In this document: positions 28,018-37,876 of the stretch, piece by piece
Numbering within the stretch: position 1 is the stretch's first letter
Layout: each line of letters starts with the position of its first letter
Source: Myxococcota bacterium
Lineage (GTDB): Bacteria > Myxococcota_A > SURF-8
Assembly: GCA_965140415.1 (NCBI GenBank)
Contig: OZ223209.1
Location: 1,760,001-1,824,000 of the forward strand
Reading direction: 5' to 3'
Length of the DNA stretch: 64,000 nucleotides
The notes under the pieces: generated by a model
What the model was told of the DNA's origin: nothing
Databases searched by the model: none
The model's input: the letters and a program-made list of their open reading frames with translations, nothing else
Program-made: the position numbers and the translations under genes

Positions 28018-30363
28018 ATGGCAGATAAACTGGTCAACACATTGTTTCGGGGGCGGTGGATCATCGTAGCCGTTTGCTTTGTGCTGGCGTTATTGGCGCT
28101 GTGGCAGCTACCGCAGTTGGCTTTCAATTTCTCGTTTCGACAGTTCTTCCCACCCAGCGACCCGGATGTGATCGCCTTTTCTCACTTCACCGAAACCTTC
28201 GAATATGACGATACTGCGGTGGTGATCGCCACCGAATCCGATTCGCTGTTCAGCCCGGAAAAGCTTCTGGCAATCGATCGTTTTACCCAAGCCGCAGAGA
28301 AAATCGATGGTGTGGAGAAAGTTGTTTCCTTAACCAACATTCGCCGTGCTGCGTGGCGCGACGACAGTTTCTTCATGGAACGTGTTTTCGAGAACATGCC
28401 TCCCAGCTCAACGGAACTTGCGGCAGGGCGGGATTATCTGCTCTCCAATGAGCGGATGCTGGGTAGTCTGGTTTCACAGGATGGACGTATCGGGACGATT
28501 TTCATTCAAATCGATCCGGCTCGCAACAACGGAAACGAACAGCGCATCCCGATTCTGAAACAAATCTGGTCGCTAGTAGAAGAGTTGCGTCCGTATTTCG
28601 ACAAGGTCACCGACGGTGGCATTCCGGTTGCACGCAGCCGCTATGCGATTCTGATTCACGATACCACCGTGCAGCAGATTCCAGCCGCACTGGCCGTGAT
28701 TCTGTTGATCTTGGCGCTGACTTTCCGACACTGGATGGGCGTTATTCTACCGTTATCGATTGTTTCGCTTTCCTTGCTCTATACGCTTGGAGTAATGGCA
28801 GCCAGTGGTACGCCGATTAGCGTCATGAGTACATTGCTACCGATTATCGTACTGATTACCGGTATCGCCGATGCTGTTCACTTTTTGACCCGCTACTATG
28901 AGGAACTGAACAATGGTCACGAGAAGACGGAAGCCATTCGTATTACGCTAAAGCATATTTCACTGGCCTGCCTGATCACCAGTATTACCACGGCGGTCGG
29001 TTTTTCCGTTCTGGTATTTACCGATATCGCTATCTTGAAAGAATATGGTTTCTTCGTGGCCTTGGGGGTGATGCTGGCTTACCTGTTGACTATCACCCTG
29101 ATGCCCTCTCTGTTGGCGATTCTGCCTCGCCCAAGTGACAAAGTCGCTGGAAGCTATTTCGCAAAGGGGCCGGGGCGTCTAGTGCCATGGATTCGCGAAA
29201 CAGTCATCCGGCGTCAGAACCTGATGCTGGCGCTTGGTGTGGCATTGGTGCTGCTATCCACCGCAGGTGCACTCTACGTCAACCGCTCGATGCGGCTATT
29301 GGAAGATCTCGACGACAGCCACCCGATCATTCAGGCCGATCGCTACTTCCAGGACTACATGGGTGGCTTGATGCCGTTTGAAATCATGCTGGACGGGCAC
29401 GAAGCCGATGCAATGAAGGAACCGCAGAACCTGGCGTTCATGGATGCGTTAAAGCAGTTTCTGCTGAAACATGATGAAGTCGGGCGGGTTTTATCGGTTG
29501 CTGATTTTCAAAAAGAGATCAACCGGGTGATGCATGAAAACCAGCCCGCCTACGAAATTCTGCCGGATACACGTGAACTGGCCGCGCAGTATTACCTGCT
29601 ATATTCGATGAGCGAAGACGATCCAAACGAAAACTTTCTTTCCAACGACAAACGACTGGGGCGCGTGTCGGCCTGGGTGGCGGATGTGCTTTCCGATCGT
29701 GCCTTTGCGCTCATTCAGCAGACACGGACCTTTTTAGACGAGCACCTGCCATCTTCTTTAAGTGTTAGACTGACCGGCACCTGGCCGGTGGCGCATAAAA
29801 TCAACCGTTATGTCGTTAACCAGATCTTTTTTACCTTCGTATTGGCGTTTGCCGTGATTTTCGTGTTGCTGGCTTTCGAGTTTCGCTCGCTGCGTTTGAG
29901 TTTACTCAGCATGCTTCCTAATGTCTTTCCATTGCTGGTTGTGTTGGGTGTAATGGGAATCGACGGCATCGCGCTCAAGCCATCCAGCGCCGTTACGTTT
30001 TCCATAGCGTTCGGTATTGCGGTGGACGACACCATTCACGTTCTCACCCGCTATCAAAGCGAGTTTCGCCGCGATGCGGATTATGTCGCTGCTCTGCGTC
30101 GCACGTTTGACGGTACGGGCCTTGCGGTAATTACGACAACCGTGATTTTAGTGGGTGGTTTCATCGTGCCGTATGTCACCAGTGACATTCTCTCCAACAA
30201 GAATTTCTCGGTCCTGGCCAATTCCTGTGTGGTTGCCGCTCTGTTTGGCGACTTATGCATTCTTACCGTTCTGATGTTGAAAATCAAACCGCGCTTGAAA
30301 ACCGACGTTGCCGAATCTGATGTGCATCAACCGGAAACGATGGAGTTGAATGGTGCGAAATAG
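28018..30363 (+). CDS. MMPL/RND-superfamily transporter
   Basis: Two-fold repeat of TM bundles; GIADAVH, TSITTAVGF, GIAVDDTIH. Confidence 0.92.
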   Translation: MADKLVNTLFRGRWIIVAVCFVLALLALWQLPQLAFNFSFRQFFPPSDPDVIAFSHFTETFEYDDTAVVIATESDSLFSPEKLLAIDRFTQAAEKIDGVEKVVSLTNIRRAAWRDDSFFMERVFENMPPSSTELAAGRDYLLSNERMLGSLVSQDGRIGTIFIQIDPARNNGNEQRIPILKQIWSLVEELRPYFDKVTDGGIPVARSRYAILIHDTTVQQIPAALAVILLILALTFRHWMGVILPLSIVSLSLLYTLGVMAASGTPISVMSTLLPIIVLITGIADAVHFLTRYYEELNNGHEKTEAIRITLKHISLACLITSITTAVGFSVLVFTDIAILKEYGFFVALGVMLAYLLTITLMPSLLAILPRPSDKVAGSYFAKGPGRLVPWIRETVIRRQNLMLALGVALVLLSTAGALYVNRSMRLLEDLDDSHPIIQADRYFQDYMGGLMPFEIMLDGHEADAMKEPQNLAFMDALKQFLLKHDEVGRVLSVADFQKEINRVMHENQPAYEILPDTRELAAQYYLLYSMSEDDPNENFLSNDKRLGRVSAWVADVLSDRAFALIQQTRTFLDEHLPSSLSVRLTGTWPVAHKINRYVVNQIFFTFVLAFAVIFVLLAFEFRSLRLSLLSMLPNVFPLLVVLGVMGIDGIALKPSSAVTFSIAFGIAVDDTIHVLTRYQSEFRRDADYVAALRRTFDGTGLAVITTTVILVGGFIVPYVTSDILSNKNFSVLANSCVVAALFGDLCILTVLMLKIKPRLKTDVAESDVHQPETMELNGAK

Positions 30364-30379
30364 TGCGAAATAGTGCGAA
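30353..30379. repeat. 10-bp tandem repeat (GTGCGAAATA x ~2.7)
   Basis: gtgcgaaata gtgcgaaata gtgcgaa spanning the MMPL stop codon. Confidence 0.8.
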
Positions 30380-30388
30380 GAGGTTACG

Positions 30389-31303
30389 CTATCCTTTTTT
30401 GGTTGGAATAGGCATCTCCAGGTAGGTCAGCACTTTCTTGATATCTTCCCATACCAGGCGTCGCTTTTCATCCAGAGGAGGGCGCAGACAATAGCTGGGA
30501 TGGAAAATCGGCATGGTCGGGATGCCTTCGAAACGGTACCAGGTGCCGTGCACTTTGGTGATTCCGGTCTTTTCGCCGAGCAAATGTCCCATTGGAACGC
30601 GCCCCAGCAGGATGATCACCTTCGGGTTGATGGCGTGTACCTGCTTTTTGATGAAACCGATGCAGGCGCTTACTTCGTCGCGTTCCGGATCGCGATTGTT
30701 AGGCGGGCGGCACTTGACGATATTGCCGATGTACACCTTCTCGCGTGGGATGCCCATTCCCAGTTCGATCCATTTATCCAATAATTTTCCAGCGCGCCCG
30801 ACAAAAGGACGCCCCTGCGCGTCTTCATCTGCACCCGGTCCTTCACCGATAAACATGATCTCGGCATTGGGATCGCCTTCGCCGAACACGATTTTATTGC
30901 GCGTACTGTGAAGTTTGCAGCGTGTACAATCACCCAGTTCCTCTTGAACATCCTGAAGTGTCGGACGTTGCGTGGGAGAAGTCAGCAAAGGTTGTTCTTC
31001 TTCGACGGGTGGCATATCGGAAACGGGAGCTTGTGCTTTGGTCGTTTTCTTGGGCATGGAGACGGCTTCTTTCTTGGATTCAGAGGCGCTTGGGTCATTT
31101 ACGGTCGGAGCGGGATTGGCCTTGCTGGCAGGTGTAGTTACAGTGGTGTCGGCATCCGATTGCTGTGTAAGCTTTTCCTGTTCTGCGATGCGCCGTTTTC
31201 GAAGCAATTCCCAGGGCAAGCCAGGATGTCCCAGCCGTTTCTGCCAATGCAGATAGCTTTCCACCTCCTCGATCAAGGAACGGATGTCGCCATCGCCACT
31301 CAT
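30389..31303 (-). CDS. udg: uracil-DNA glycosylase family 4
   Basis: CTRCKL, GEGPGADED..GRPFVGRAG, VKCRPP, FHPSY. Confidence 0.95.
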   Translation of the reverse strand: MSGDGDIRSLIEEVESYLHWQKRLGHPGLPWELLRKRRIAEQEKLTQQSDADTTVTTPASKANPAPTVNDPSASESKKEAVSMPKKTTKAQAPVSDMPPVEEEQPLLTSPTQRPTLQDVQEELGDCTRCKLHSTRNKIVFGEGDPNAEIMFIGEGPGADEDAQGRPFVGRAGKLLDKWIELGMGIPREKVYIGNIVKCRPPNNRDPERDEVSACIGFIKKQVHAINPKVIILLGRVPMGHLLGEKTGITKVHGTWYRFEGIPTMPIFHPSYCLRPPLDEKRRLVWEDIKKVLTYLEMPIPTKKG

Positions 31304-33384
31304 GCCGATTCATTCTCCTTTTGGGTTTTGGATTCTTTTGCAGCAGTTTCTTTTTCGGCGGCTTTATCTGCGGATGTGCTGGGTTCTTTGGCTGCGGTTT
31401 CTTTTACTTGATCATCGGTTTTCTTTGCAGTCGTCTTTCTGCCGCGTGTTGAAGTACCACGGGTCGAACTGCTGCGTGTCGATGTGCTGCGAGTTGAACT
31501 GCTGCGCGTCGATGTGCTGCGTGTGCGTTTCGCTCGCGCTGCCGGTTTTTTGGCGGGCGCTGCCTTTTCTTCCTCTTTCGATGGTTCCTTGCTTGCGTCC
31601 TTTTCTTTATCGGAAGAGGCCATTTCCTTGGGAGCCGAATCTTTCTTGGCGTTCTTCGAATCCGTTTCCTCTTTTAACTGTTTCGGTTCCGTTTTTTGTT
31701 CTTTGTTCTCAGCGGGTTTTGCTGCCGGCTCAACGCTTTTGGTTTCTTTCTTGTCTTCCACTTTTTGCGGTTGTGGTTCTTTTACTACAGGAGCCTTGTC
31801 CTGTTCAGGCGCTTTGGACGCTTGTTCCTGCTTGATTTCTGTATCCGGTTTCGAATGTTGCAGTGGTCGTTGTTGTATTTGCTGCTGCTGTCGCGGTGGT
31901 TGTTGTTGCGGAGACTGTTGCGCCTGTTGCTGAGGTTGCTTTGATGCCGGTTGCGATTGCTGTGAAGGTGCCGGTGCTGGCTGTGTTTGCTTGTCTGGAG
32001 GATTGGCTCCAGCGTTACTATTTGCGCCGGAGTTGTCAGCAGGTTTCTGCCGTGAGTCATCGCGGTCGTAGTTTCGATTTCGATTTCGATTGGAGCGCGA
32101 ACGATTGCGCCCGCCGCGAGAACCCCGGCTGGACGAATGCGAACGGTTATCCGAACCGTTTATGGGGCGACGTGTGCTGGATGCGCGCAGAGACTGAATC
32201 GTTTCGAATAACTCCGTGGACACGTCTCCCTTGTCCATAACCGGTAATGACTCGACGTGTCCTTTACGGTCGATGATATGCACGATGTTGGTGTCCACTT
32301 CGAAACCGGCGCCTTCCTGGGAGACGTCGTTGACGACGATCAGATCCAGGTTTTTCTCGCGCAGTTTCTTTTTACCGCTTTGCATCACCTGATGCGTTTC
32401 CGCCGCGAAACCGACCAGGAACTGGCTGCGCTTTTTCCTGCGCCCCAGTTCGCGAAGAATATCCACCGTGCGCGAAAGATCAAGGTTGAAATCCTTGCTG
32501 TCCTTGTGGATCTTGGTGTCCGACGAGCGGGTGGGGCGGTAATCCGCAACCGCCGCCGCTTTGATAATCACGTTGGCGCTTGCATAATGGGAAAGGACTT
32601 CATCCAGCATCTGCTGCGCACTGCGCACCGAAACAACATCCACATCGTAAGGCGGACGCAGTTTTACGGGACCACTGACTAGCAGAACGCGTGCCCCTCT
32701 TGCCCGTGCTTCGCGTGCGACGGCATAACCCATCTTGCCGCTGGAACGATTAGCCACGTAACGTACCGGGTCGATATCTTCGTAGGTGGGTCCGGCGGTC
32801 ACGAGCACCAGTTCACCGGCCAGATCCTTCTCTTCGCGCACGGCATACTGTACGGCATCCTGGATCCAGTCCAGTTCCTGTAAGCGACCTTCTCCCGTTT
32901 CGCCACAGGCCATTTCTCCGCGCTGCGGATGAACGATATGATAGCGGCTGACGGCACGGATTTTTGCCAGGTTGGCTTGCACCATTTCGTTTTGCCACAT
33001 GGCCCAATTCATGGCCGGAGCGATTACGATGTTGCAGCGAGCGGCCAAAATGATCGTGCTGACCAAGTCATCTGCAATGCCGTTGCCGATTTTGCCGATC
33101 AGGTTTGCGGTAGCAGGTGCGACCAGAATGCAGTCCGCCCAGCGGGCAGCTTCGATATGGCTGATCTGCGATTCCTGCTGCTGGTCGAACAGATCGATCA
33201 TTACAGGATGTCCGCTTAGCGCCTGAAAGGTAAGCGGAGTAACGAAGCGGGTGGCCGCCTGTGTCATAACTACACGAACCTGCGCGCCCTGCTTGCTCAG
33301 CATTCGCGCCAGTTCCGCCGCTTTAAATGCGGCAATTCCACCCGTGACACACAACAGGACATGTTTGTCCTTCAGTGTCTGCAT
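31300..33384 (-). CDS. coaBC: bifunctional CoaBC with long low-complexity C-terminal extension
   Basis: GGIAAFK, APATAN, PAMN, TAGPT, DPVRYVANRSSGKMG, AAVADY, GFAAET; start at 33384 has AAGGAG RBS. Confidence 0.95.
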   Translation of the reverse strand: MQTLKDKHVLLCVTGGIAAFKAAELARMLSKQGAQVRVVMTQAATRFVTPLTFQALSGHPVMIDLFDQQQESQISHIEAARWADCILVAPATANLIGKIGNGIADDLVSTIILAARCNIVIAPAMNWAMWQNEMVQANLAKIRAVSRYHIVHPQRGEMACGETGEGRLQELDWIQDAVQYAVREEKDLAGELVLVTAGPTYEDIDPVRYVANRSSGKMGYAVAREARARGARVLLVSGPVKLRPPYDVDVVSVRSAQQMLDEVLSHYASANVIIKAAAVADYRPTRSSDTKIHKDSKDFNLDLSRTVDILRELGRRKKRSQFLVGFAAETHQVMQSGKKKLREKNLDLIVVNDVSQEGAGFEVDTNIVHIIDRKGHVESLPVMDKGDVSTELFETIQSLRASSTRRPINGSDNRSHSSSRGSRGGRNRSRSNRNRNRNYDRDDSRQKPADNSGANSNAGANPPDKQTQPAPAPSQQSQPASKQPQQQAQQSPQQQPPRQQQQIQQRPLQHSKPDTEIKQEQASKAPEQDKAPVVKEPQPQKVEDKKETKSVEPAAKPAENKEQKTEPKQLKEETDSKNAKKDSAPKEMASSDKEKDASKEPSKEEEKAAPAKKPAARAKRTRSTSTRSSSTRSTSTRSSSTRGTSTRGRKTTAKKTDDQVKETAAKEPSTSADKAAEKETAAKESKTQKENESA
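31444..31523 (-). repeat. 15-bp tandem repeat encoding RS(T/S)ST units
   Basis: RSTST-RSSST-RSTST-RSSST-RGTST. Confidence 0.85.
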
Positions 33385-33474
33385 TGTATTCTCCTTGTTG
33401 TTCATCCATCGATCCGGTGCGGGATAATCCGTGCTTGCTTCGATGCGAGCACAGGTCGGTTTCCGCTACTCGAA

Positions 33475-35277
33475 TCAATCCTCATTCAGTTTCAGTGCGG
33501 CCAGGAACGCTTCCTGCGGAATGATGACGTTGCCCACCTGTTTCATCCGCTTCTTTCCTGCCTTCTGTTTTTCCAATAGTTTGCGTTTTCGCGTAATATC
33601 ACCGCCGTAGCATTTGGCCGTCACGTTTTTACGATAGGCTCTCACGGTCGTGCGAGCAATGACCTTCGATCCTACCGCAGCCTGTATAGCCACTTCGAAT
33701 TGCTGGCGCGGAATCAGTTCTTTCATTTTAACGCACATCGCCAGACCGCGCTCACGCAGGCGGCTGTTGTGTGTAATAATCGAAAGCGCATCCACCGGTT
33801 CGCCGTTCACCAGGATATCCATCTTGGTTAAAGTCGCCGGTTCGTATCCCTTGATTTCATAGTCCAGCGAGGCATAGCCTTTGGTGGTGGATTTCAGCTT
33901 GTCGTAAAAATCGAGAATCACTTCGTTCAACGGAAGCTTGTACGTTACCATAACGCGATTTTCACCGGCGTATTTCATGTCCTGTTGCACGCCCCGGCGA
34001 TCCTCGCACAATTGCAGAACCGCACCGACATACGATTGCGGCATGTGAATGTTGGCGATGATGATCGGTTCATAAATGTTCTCGATCTTTAAGGGGTCAG
34101 GCATTTTTGCCGGGTTGTCGATGGAGAGCTTGCTGCCGTCTTTTAGTTCTATGTTGTAAATGACGGTGGGTGCGGTAGTGATCAGATCCAGATCGTACTC
34201 GCGTTCCAGCCGTTCCTGTACGATTTCCATATGCAGCAGACCAAGATAGCCGCAACGGAAACCGAATCCCAATGCCTGCGAAGTTTCCGGCTCGTAGGTG
34301 AACGAATAATCGTTAAGCTTCAGTTTGTCCAAGGCATCTCGAAGCTGGGTGTAATCTACCGGATCGGTCGGATACAAACCGGAAAAAACCATCGGTTTCA
34401 CGTTCTTGAAACCCGGTAATGCGCTGGTGCTTTTCGTGTCGGCATGAGTAATTGTATCGCCCACGCGGGCCTTATCGATTTCCTTGATGCCTGCAATGAT
34501 ATAGCCGACATCTCCCTCCGACAGTTCCTTGGTATCCTTCATTTCGGGTTCGAAAACCCCGACACGCTGCACGAGATAACGGCAGTCGGTGGCTTTGAAG
34601 TAAATTTCGTCATCCTTTTTGACCGTGCCGCTGAACACGCGCACGAGTACGATGACTCCCTGGTAGGAATCGTACCAGCTATCGAAAATCAATGCGCGCA
34701 GCGCATCGTCCTGCTGTTTCTTGGGAGGTGGAATCAAGTCTACCAGGCGTTGCAGGACTTGCTCGACGTTCAAGCCTGTTTTGGCGCTGATGGCGACTGC
34801 ATCGGTGCAGTCCAAACCGATTACATCCTCGATCTCTTCTTTGACGCGGTCAACGTCCGCCGACGGTAAATCGATTTTGTTGATGACCGGCACGATTTCC
34901 AGATCGTGATCCAGCGCTAGGTATACATTGGCCAGAGTCTGTGCTTCTACGCCCTGGGTGGAATCCACCACCAACAGCGCACCCTCGCAGGATGCCAGAC
35001 TGCGGGAAACCTCGTAATTGAAATCGACGTGTCCGGGCGTGTCGATCATATTCAAGGTATAGTCGTTGCCGTCTTCTGCCTTATAAGGCAGGCGTACCGC
35101 CTGGCTCTTGATCGTAATGCCGCGTTCTCGCTCAAGATCCATGCGATCCAGATATTGTTCTTTCATATCCCGGTCGCTGACGAGACCTGTCAGTTGCAGC
35201 ATTCGGTCCGCCAACGTGGATTTCCCGTGGTCGATATGTGCGATAATCGCAAAGTTACGAATGTATTCGCGCTTCAT
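33475..35277 (-). CDS. lepA: elongation factor 4
   Basis: [46 protein letters not shown]. Confidence 0.98.
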   Translation of the reverse strand: MKREYIRNFAIIAHIDHGKSTLADRMLQLTGLVSDRDMKEQYLDRMDLERERGITIKSQAVRLPYKAEDGNDYTLNMIDTPGHVDFNYEVSRSLASCEGALLVVDSTQGVEAQTLANVYLALDHDLEIVPVINKIDLPSADVDRVKEEIEDVIGLDCTDAVAISAKTGLNVEQVLQRLVDLIPPPKKQQDDALRALIFDSWYDSYQGVIVLVRVFSGTVKKDDEIYFKATDCRYLVQRVGVFEPEMKDTKELSEGDVGYIIAGIKEIDKARVGDTITHADTKSTSALPGFKNVKPMVFSGLYPTDPVDYTQLRDALDKLKLNDYSFTYEPETSQALGFGFRCGYLGLLHMEIVQERLEREYDLDLITTAPTVIYNIELKDGSKLSIDNPAKMPDPLKIENIYEPIIIANIHMPQSYVGAVLQLCEDRRGVQQDMKYAGENRVMVTYKLPLNEVILDFYDKLKSTTKGYASLDYEIKGYEPATLTKMDILVNGEPVDALSIITHNSRLRERGLAMCVKMKELIPRQQFEVAIQAAVGSKVIARTTVRAYRKNVTAKCYGGDITRKRKLLEKQKAGKKRMKQVGNVIIPQEAFLAALKLNED

Positions 35278-36431
35278 GATTTATTTTCACCAATTCGCTT
35301 CGTCGGAAAGTAGGTTTCCCAGCTTCCGCATGTACTACAATACCAATCCAACTTGTTACTGGAATGTCCGCATTGCGAACAAATCCACGAATCGCAGACT
35401 GCCTCGTCTTTTAGACGGCTGGACAAGTCGATGTGTAACAAGGCTGCCAGTTCGCAGATGTCCGGGTTCAACCAGCCATCCGATACCAATTCCGTTACGA
35501 TTTCCCGTGCCGGCAGATCTTCACCCTGCTGTTGATATCGGATCGCCTGCTGAATACGAGCATGCTGCCTGCAAAGTTCATCGTCGTCAAGCAGTTGAAA
35601 CAGGTAATCGTCGAAAATATCGATTTTGTCAATGTTTTCACAAAGCTGCCGCAATTCTGCCAATAAGATCGGGGCGGCTTGCGGAGATTGACCCATCGCC
35701 TGTTTCAACTCTTTAACTGCCGCTTTGGTTTTGCCGCGTGCTGCCTGGTAGCGCGCCATTGCAAAACTCACCTGAACGCAATCTGCCTGCTGCTTTTTTG
35801 CCGTAACCAACAGTGGCTTGGCTGCATCATGTCGACCGGAATCGATCAGTTGCAGGGCCCGCTGCGCAAACACTCGCGCTATCAAAGGGTTCTGCTGCGA
35901 ACGATTACCCGCGCCCAGACGCGGCAGGTATTTCGCCGCGACTTTCCAGTTGCGTGCCCGGATACTCAGATCGATCAATCGTTGTAAGGGCTCGGCCCAG
36001 CGTGGCGCTTGTGCGATCAATTGCTCAAACTGCTCGATGGCTTCTTCAACTCGACCGGCGGCGACCAGATCTTCCGCCAGTTCGAACGTCGCTTTGTGCA
36101 TCGTGGAGTCATCCACCAACTCGTGACGATTCAAGATGCTGCGATGCAGATAAATCGCTCGATCGGTTTGCCCGATGCGACGAAACAGGCGACCCAGCAC
36201 GAAATAGACATCTACGCTTTCCGGATGCTGGCGAGCCGCCTCGCCGAATTCCTTTGTCGCTTCCGTCCAGTTTTCTTCGATAATCTGATACGCTCCCCGC
36301 AGCAGACGGCGACGTTCTTCGCGGATATCCTCTCCGCTTCTTGCTTTTCGAATGCCCAGCCAGAATCCCAGCGCTAGTCCCAACACCAGCCCACCCAAAC
36401 CGATTCCGACATACATCAAATACCCATCCAT
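35274..36431 (-). CDS. lapB: LapB-like TPR protein with C-terminal rubredoxin-like Zn finger
   Basis: N-terminal [33 protein letters not shown]. Confidence 0.8.
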   Translation of the reverse strand: MDGYLMYVGIGLGGLVLGLALGFWLGIRKARSGEDIREERRRLLRGAYQIIEENWTEATKEFGEAARQHPESVDVYFVLGRLFRRIGQTDRAIYLHRSILNRHELVDDSTMHKATFELAEDLVAAGRVEEAIEQFEQLIAQAPRWAEPLQRLIDLSIRARNWKVAAKYLPRLGAGNRSQQNPLIARVFAQRALQLIDSGRHDAAKPLLVTAKKQQADCVQVSFAMARYQAARGKTKAAVKELKQAMGQSPQAAPILLAELRQLCENIDKIDIFDDYLFQLLDDDELCRQHARIQQAIRYQQQGEDLPAREIVTELVSDGWLNPDICELAALLHIDLSSRLKDEAVCDSWICSQCGHSSNKLDWYCSTCGSWETYFPTKRIGENKS

Positions 36432-36435
36432 CGTA

Positions 36436-36789
36436 TCACCTGCTCGCGGAATCGTCCGATGATGTATCCCCGAAGGTGGGCAGCGAGGATAGATCCTGCA
36501 AAGGCTGATGACGGAAGGTTAAAAGTTCATCTTCCATCTGTTTTATCTGCCGGTTCAATAATTTGATCCGACGGCGATAGCCGAAAGCCATGACAAGGCA
36601 ATACGTAAAAGAAAGCGCCGCGCCTAGAGCCATCGATGCCAAGACGATCAATGAACTCCACAACGGAACGGTTTCGAAATATAAAAATGACAGCGTCATC
36701 GGTTGCTTGTTGGTCAGCACGAAAATGACCGCCACAATACCCAATAAGACACCCAAAACAACCAGTGAGATGATCTTCGTCTTGCGCAT
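36436..36789 (-). CDS. lapA: LapA-like membrane protein
   Basis: Two TMs with N..P.TL.FL motif, coiled-coil tail, adjacent to lapB. Confidence 0.75.
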   Translation of the reverse strand: MRKTKIISLVVLGVLLGIVAVIFVLTNKQPMTLSFLYFETVPLWSSLIVLASMALGAALSFTYCLVMAFGYRRRIKLLNRQIKQMEDELLTFRHQPLQDLSSLPTFGDTSSDDSASR

Positions 36790-36797
36790 GTCGTTCC

Positions 36798-37700
36798 TTA
36801 CTGACCCGCCCGATATTCGATGGATTGCCGCCAGCCGCCGGAGACTGCGTTTGCCAGTCCTCGCGCACCGGATTCGAACATTTTCTCAAGGTAATTCAAG
36901 GTCTTTTTCTTCGGGTATAACAAGACCGGATCATCGCCCAGATTCTCTTTTTCGGCGATGTACCTTACAGCATCCTGCATGGTGCCCATTTCATCGACTA
37001 GACCGGCTTCCTGCGCTTGTTTACCTGTCAGCAAACGTCCATCGGCGACCGGTCGCAGGGTTTCCGTTTCGATGTTCCGAGCCGTTCCAACGGCAGACAG
37101 GAATTGTTCGTATACGTCTTCAATCACACCGTCGATCAAGGAAACATCGGAAGGTGTCGCTTGACGGAACGGCGAAAGCGTATCTTTGTGTTCACCCGAT
37201 TTATAAACGGTCATATCGATTTTGGCCAGCTTGAGCAGTTCCTGGATATAGGGTGCCTGGATAATTACGCCAATGCTGCCTGTCAGTGTACCGGGGCTAC
37301 AGAAAACTCGTTCCGCGGCGCAGGAAATGTAATATCCGCCGCTGGCTGCAACGGAACCCATGGATGCGACCACTGTTTTTTTGCCGCGCAATTTCATCAG
37401 CTCACTATAAATTTCCTGTGAGGGAGCCACGGCGCCGCCGGGAGAATCCACACGCAGTACGATTCCTTTCACATCTTTGTCATTGGCAAAATCATGCAAA
37501 TCTTCCAATACACGGCTGGAGTCCTCGATCACTCCCGTCACTTCCAGAATCCCGATGCCTTCCGTTTCTCCGAATCCGGAGAAATCGCTTTCCACGCCCA
37601 TCATGCTGAAGAGAAGCACGAAGAGAAACGCGAATAACATCAGAAAGCCCGCACCCAACAGGGCTACGACTAAAAACAGATTCTGGCGGGAAGAGTCCAT
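36798..37700 (-). CDS. sppA: signal peptide peptidase SppA (36K type)
   Basis: VDSPGGAV, ASGGYY, TGSIGVI, KSGEHKD. Confidence 0.95.
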   Translation of the reverse strand: MDSSRQNLFLVVALLGAGFLMLFAFLFVLLFSMMGVESDFSGFGETEGIGILEVTGVIEDSSRVLEDLHDFANDKDVKGIVLRVDSPGGAVAPSQEIYSELMKLRGKKTVVASMGSVAASGGYYISCAAERVFCSPGTLTGSIGVIIQAPYIQELLKLAKIDMTVYKSGEHKDTLSPFRQATPSDVSLIDGVIEDVYEQFLSAVGTARNIETETLRPVADGRLLTGKQAQEAGLVDEMGTMQDAVRYIAEKENLGDDPVLLYPKKKTLNYLEKMFESGARGLANAVSGGWRQSIEYRAGQ

Positions 37701-37802
37701 TATTTACACTCCCGAATAGTTGAAATCCTTGAGAACCGGGCCCCATTCTAGGGAATTCACCCCATTCTCGCAACATAAATACCGATTTGACAATTTACAC
37801 TA

Positions 37803-37846
37803 AAATAAAAACGGGCGACCGACCTGGTCCAGTCGATCACCCGTTT
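37803..37846 (-). terminator. intrinsic terminator after rpsA
   Basis: AAACGGG..CGAC/GTCG..CCCGTTT followed by T-run on minus strand. Confidence 0.7.
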
Positions 37847-37876
37847 CGTAAGCTATTGGACAAGCTCACCGAATGC

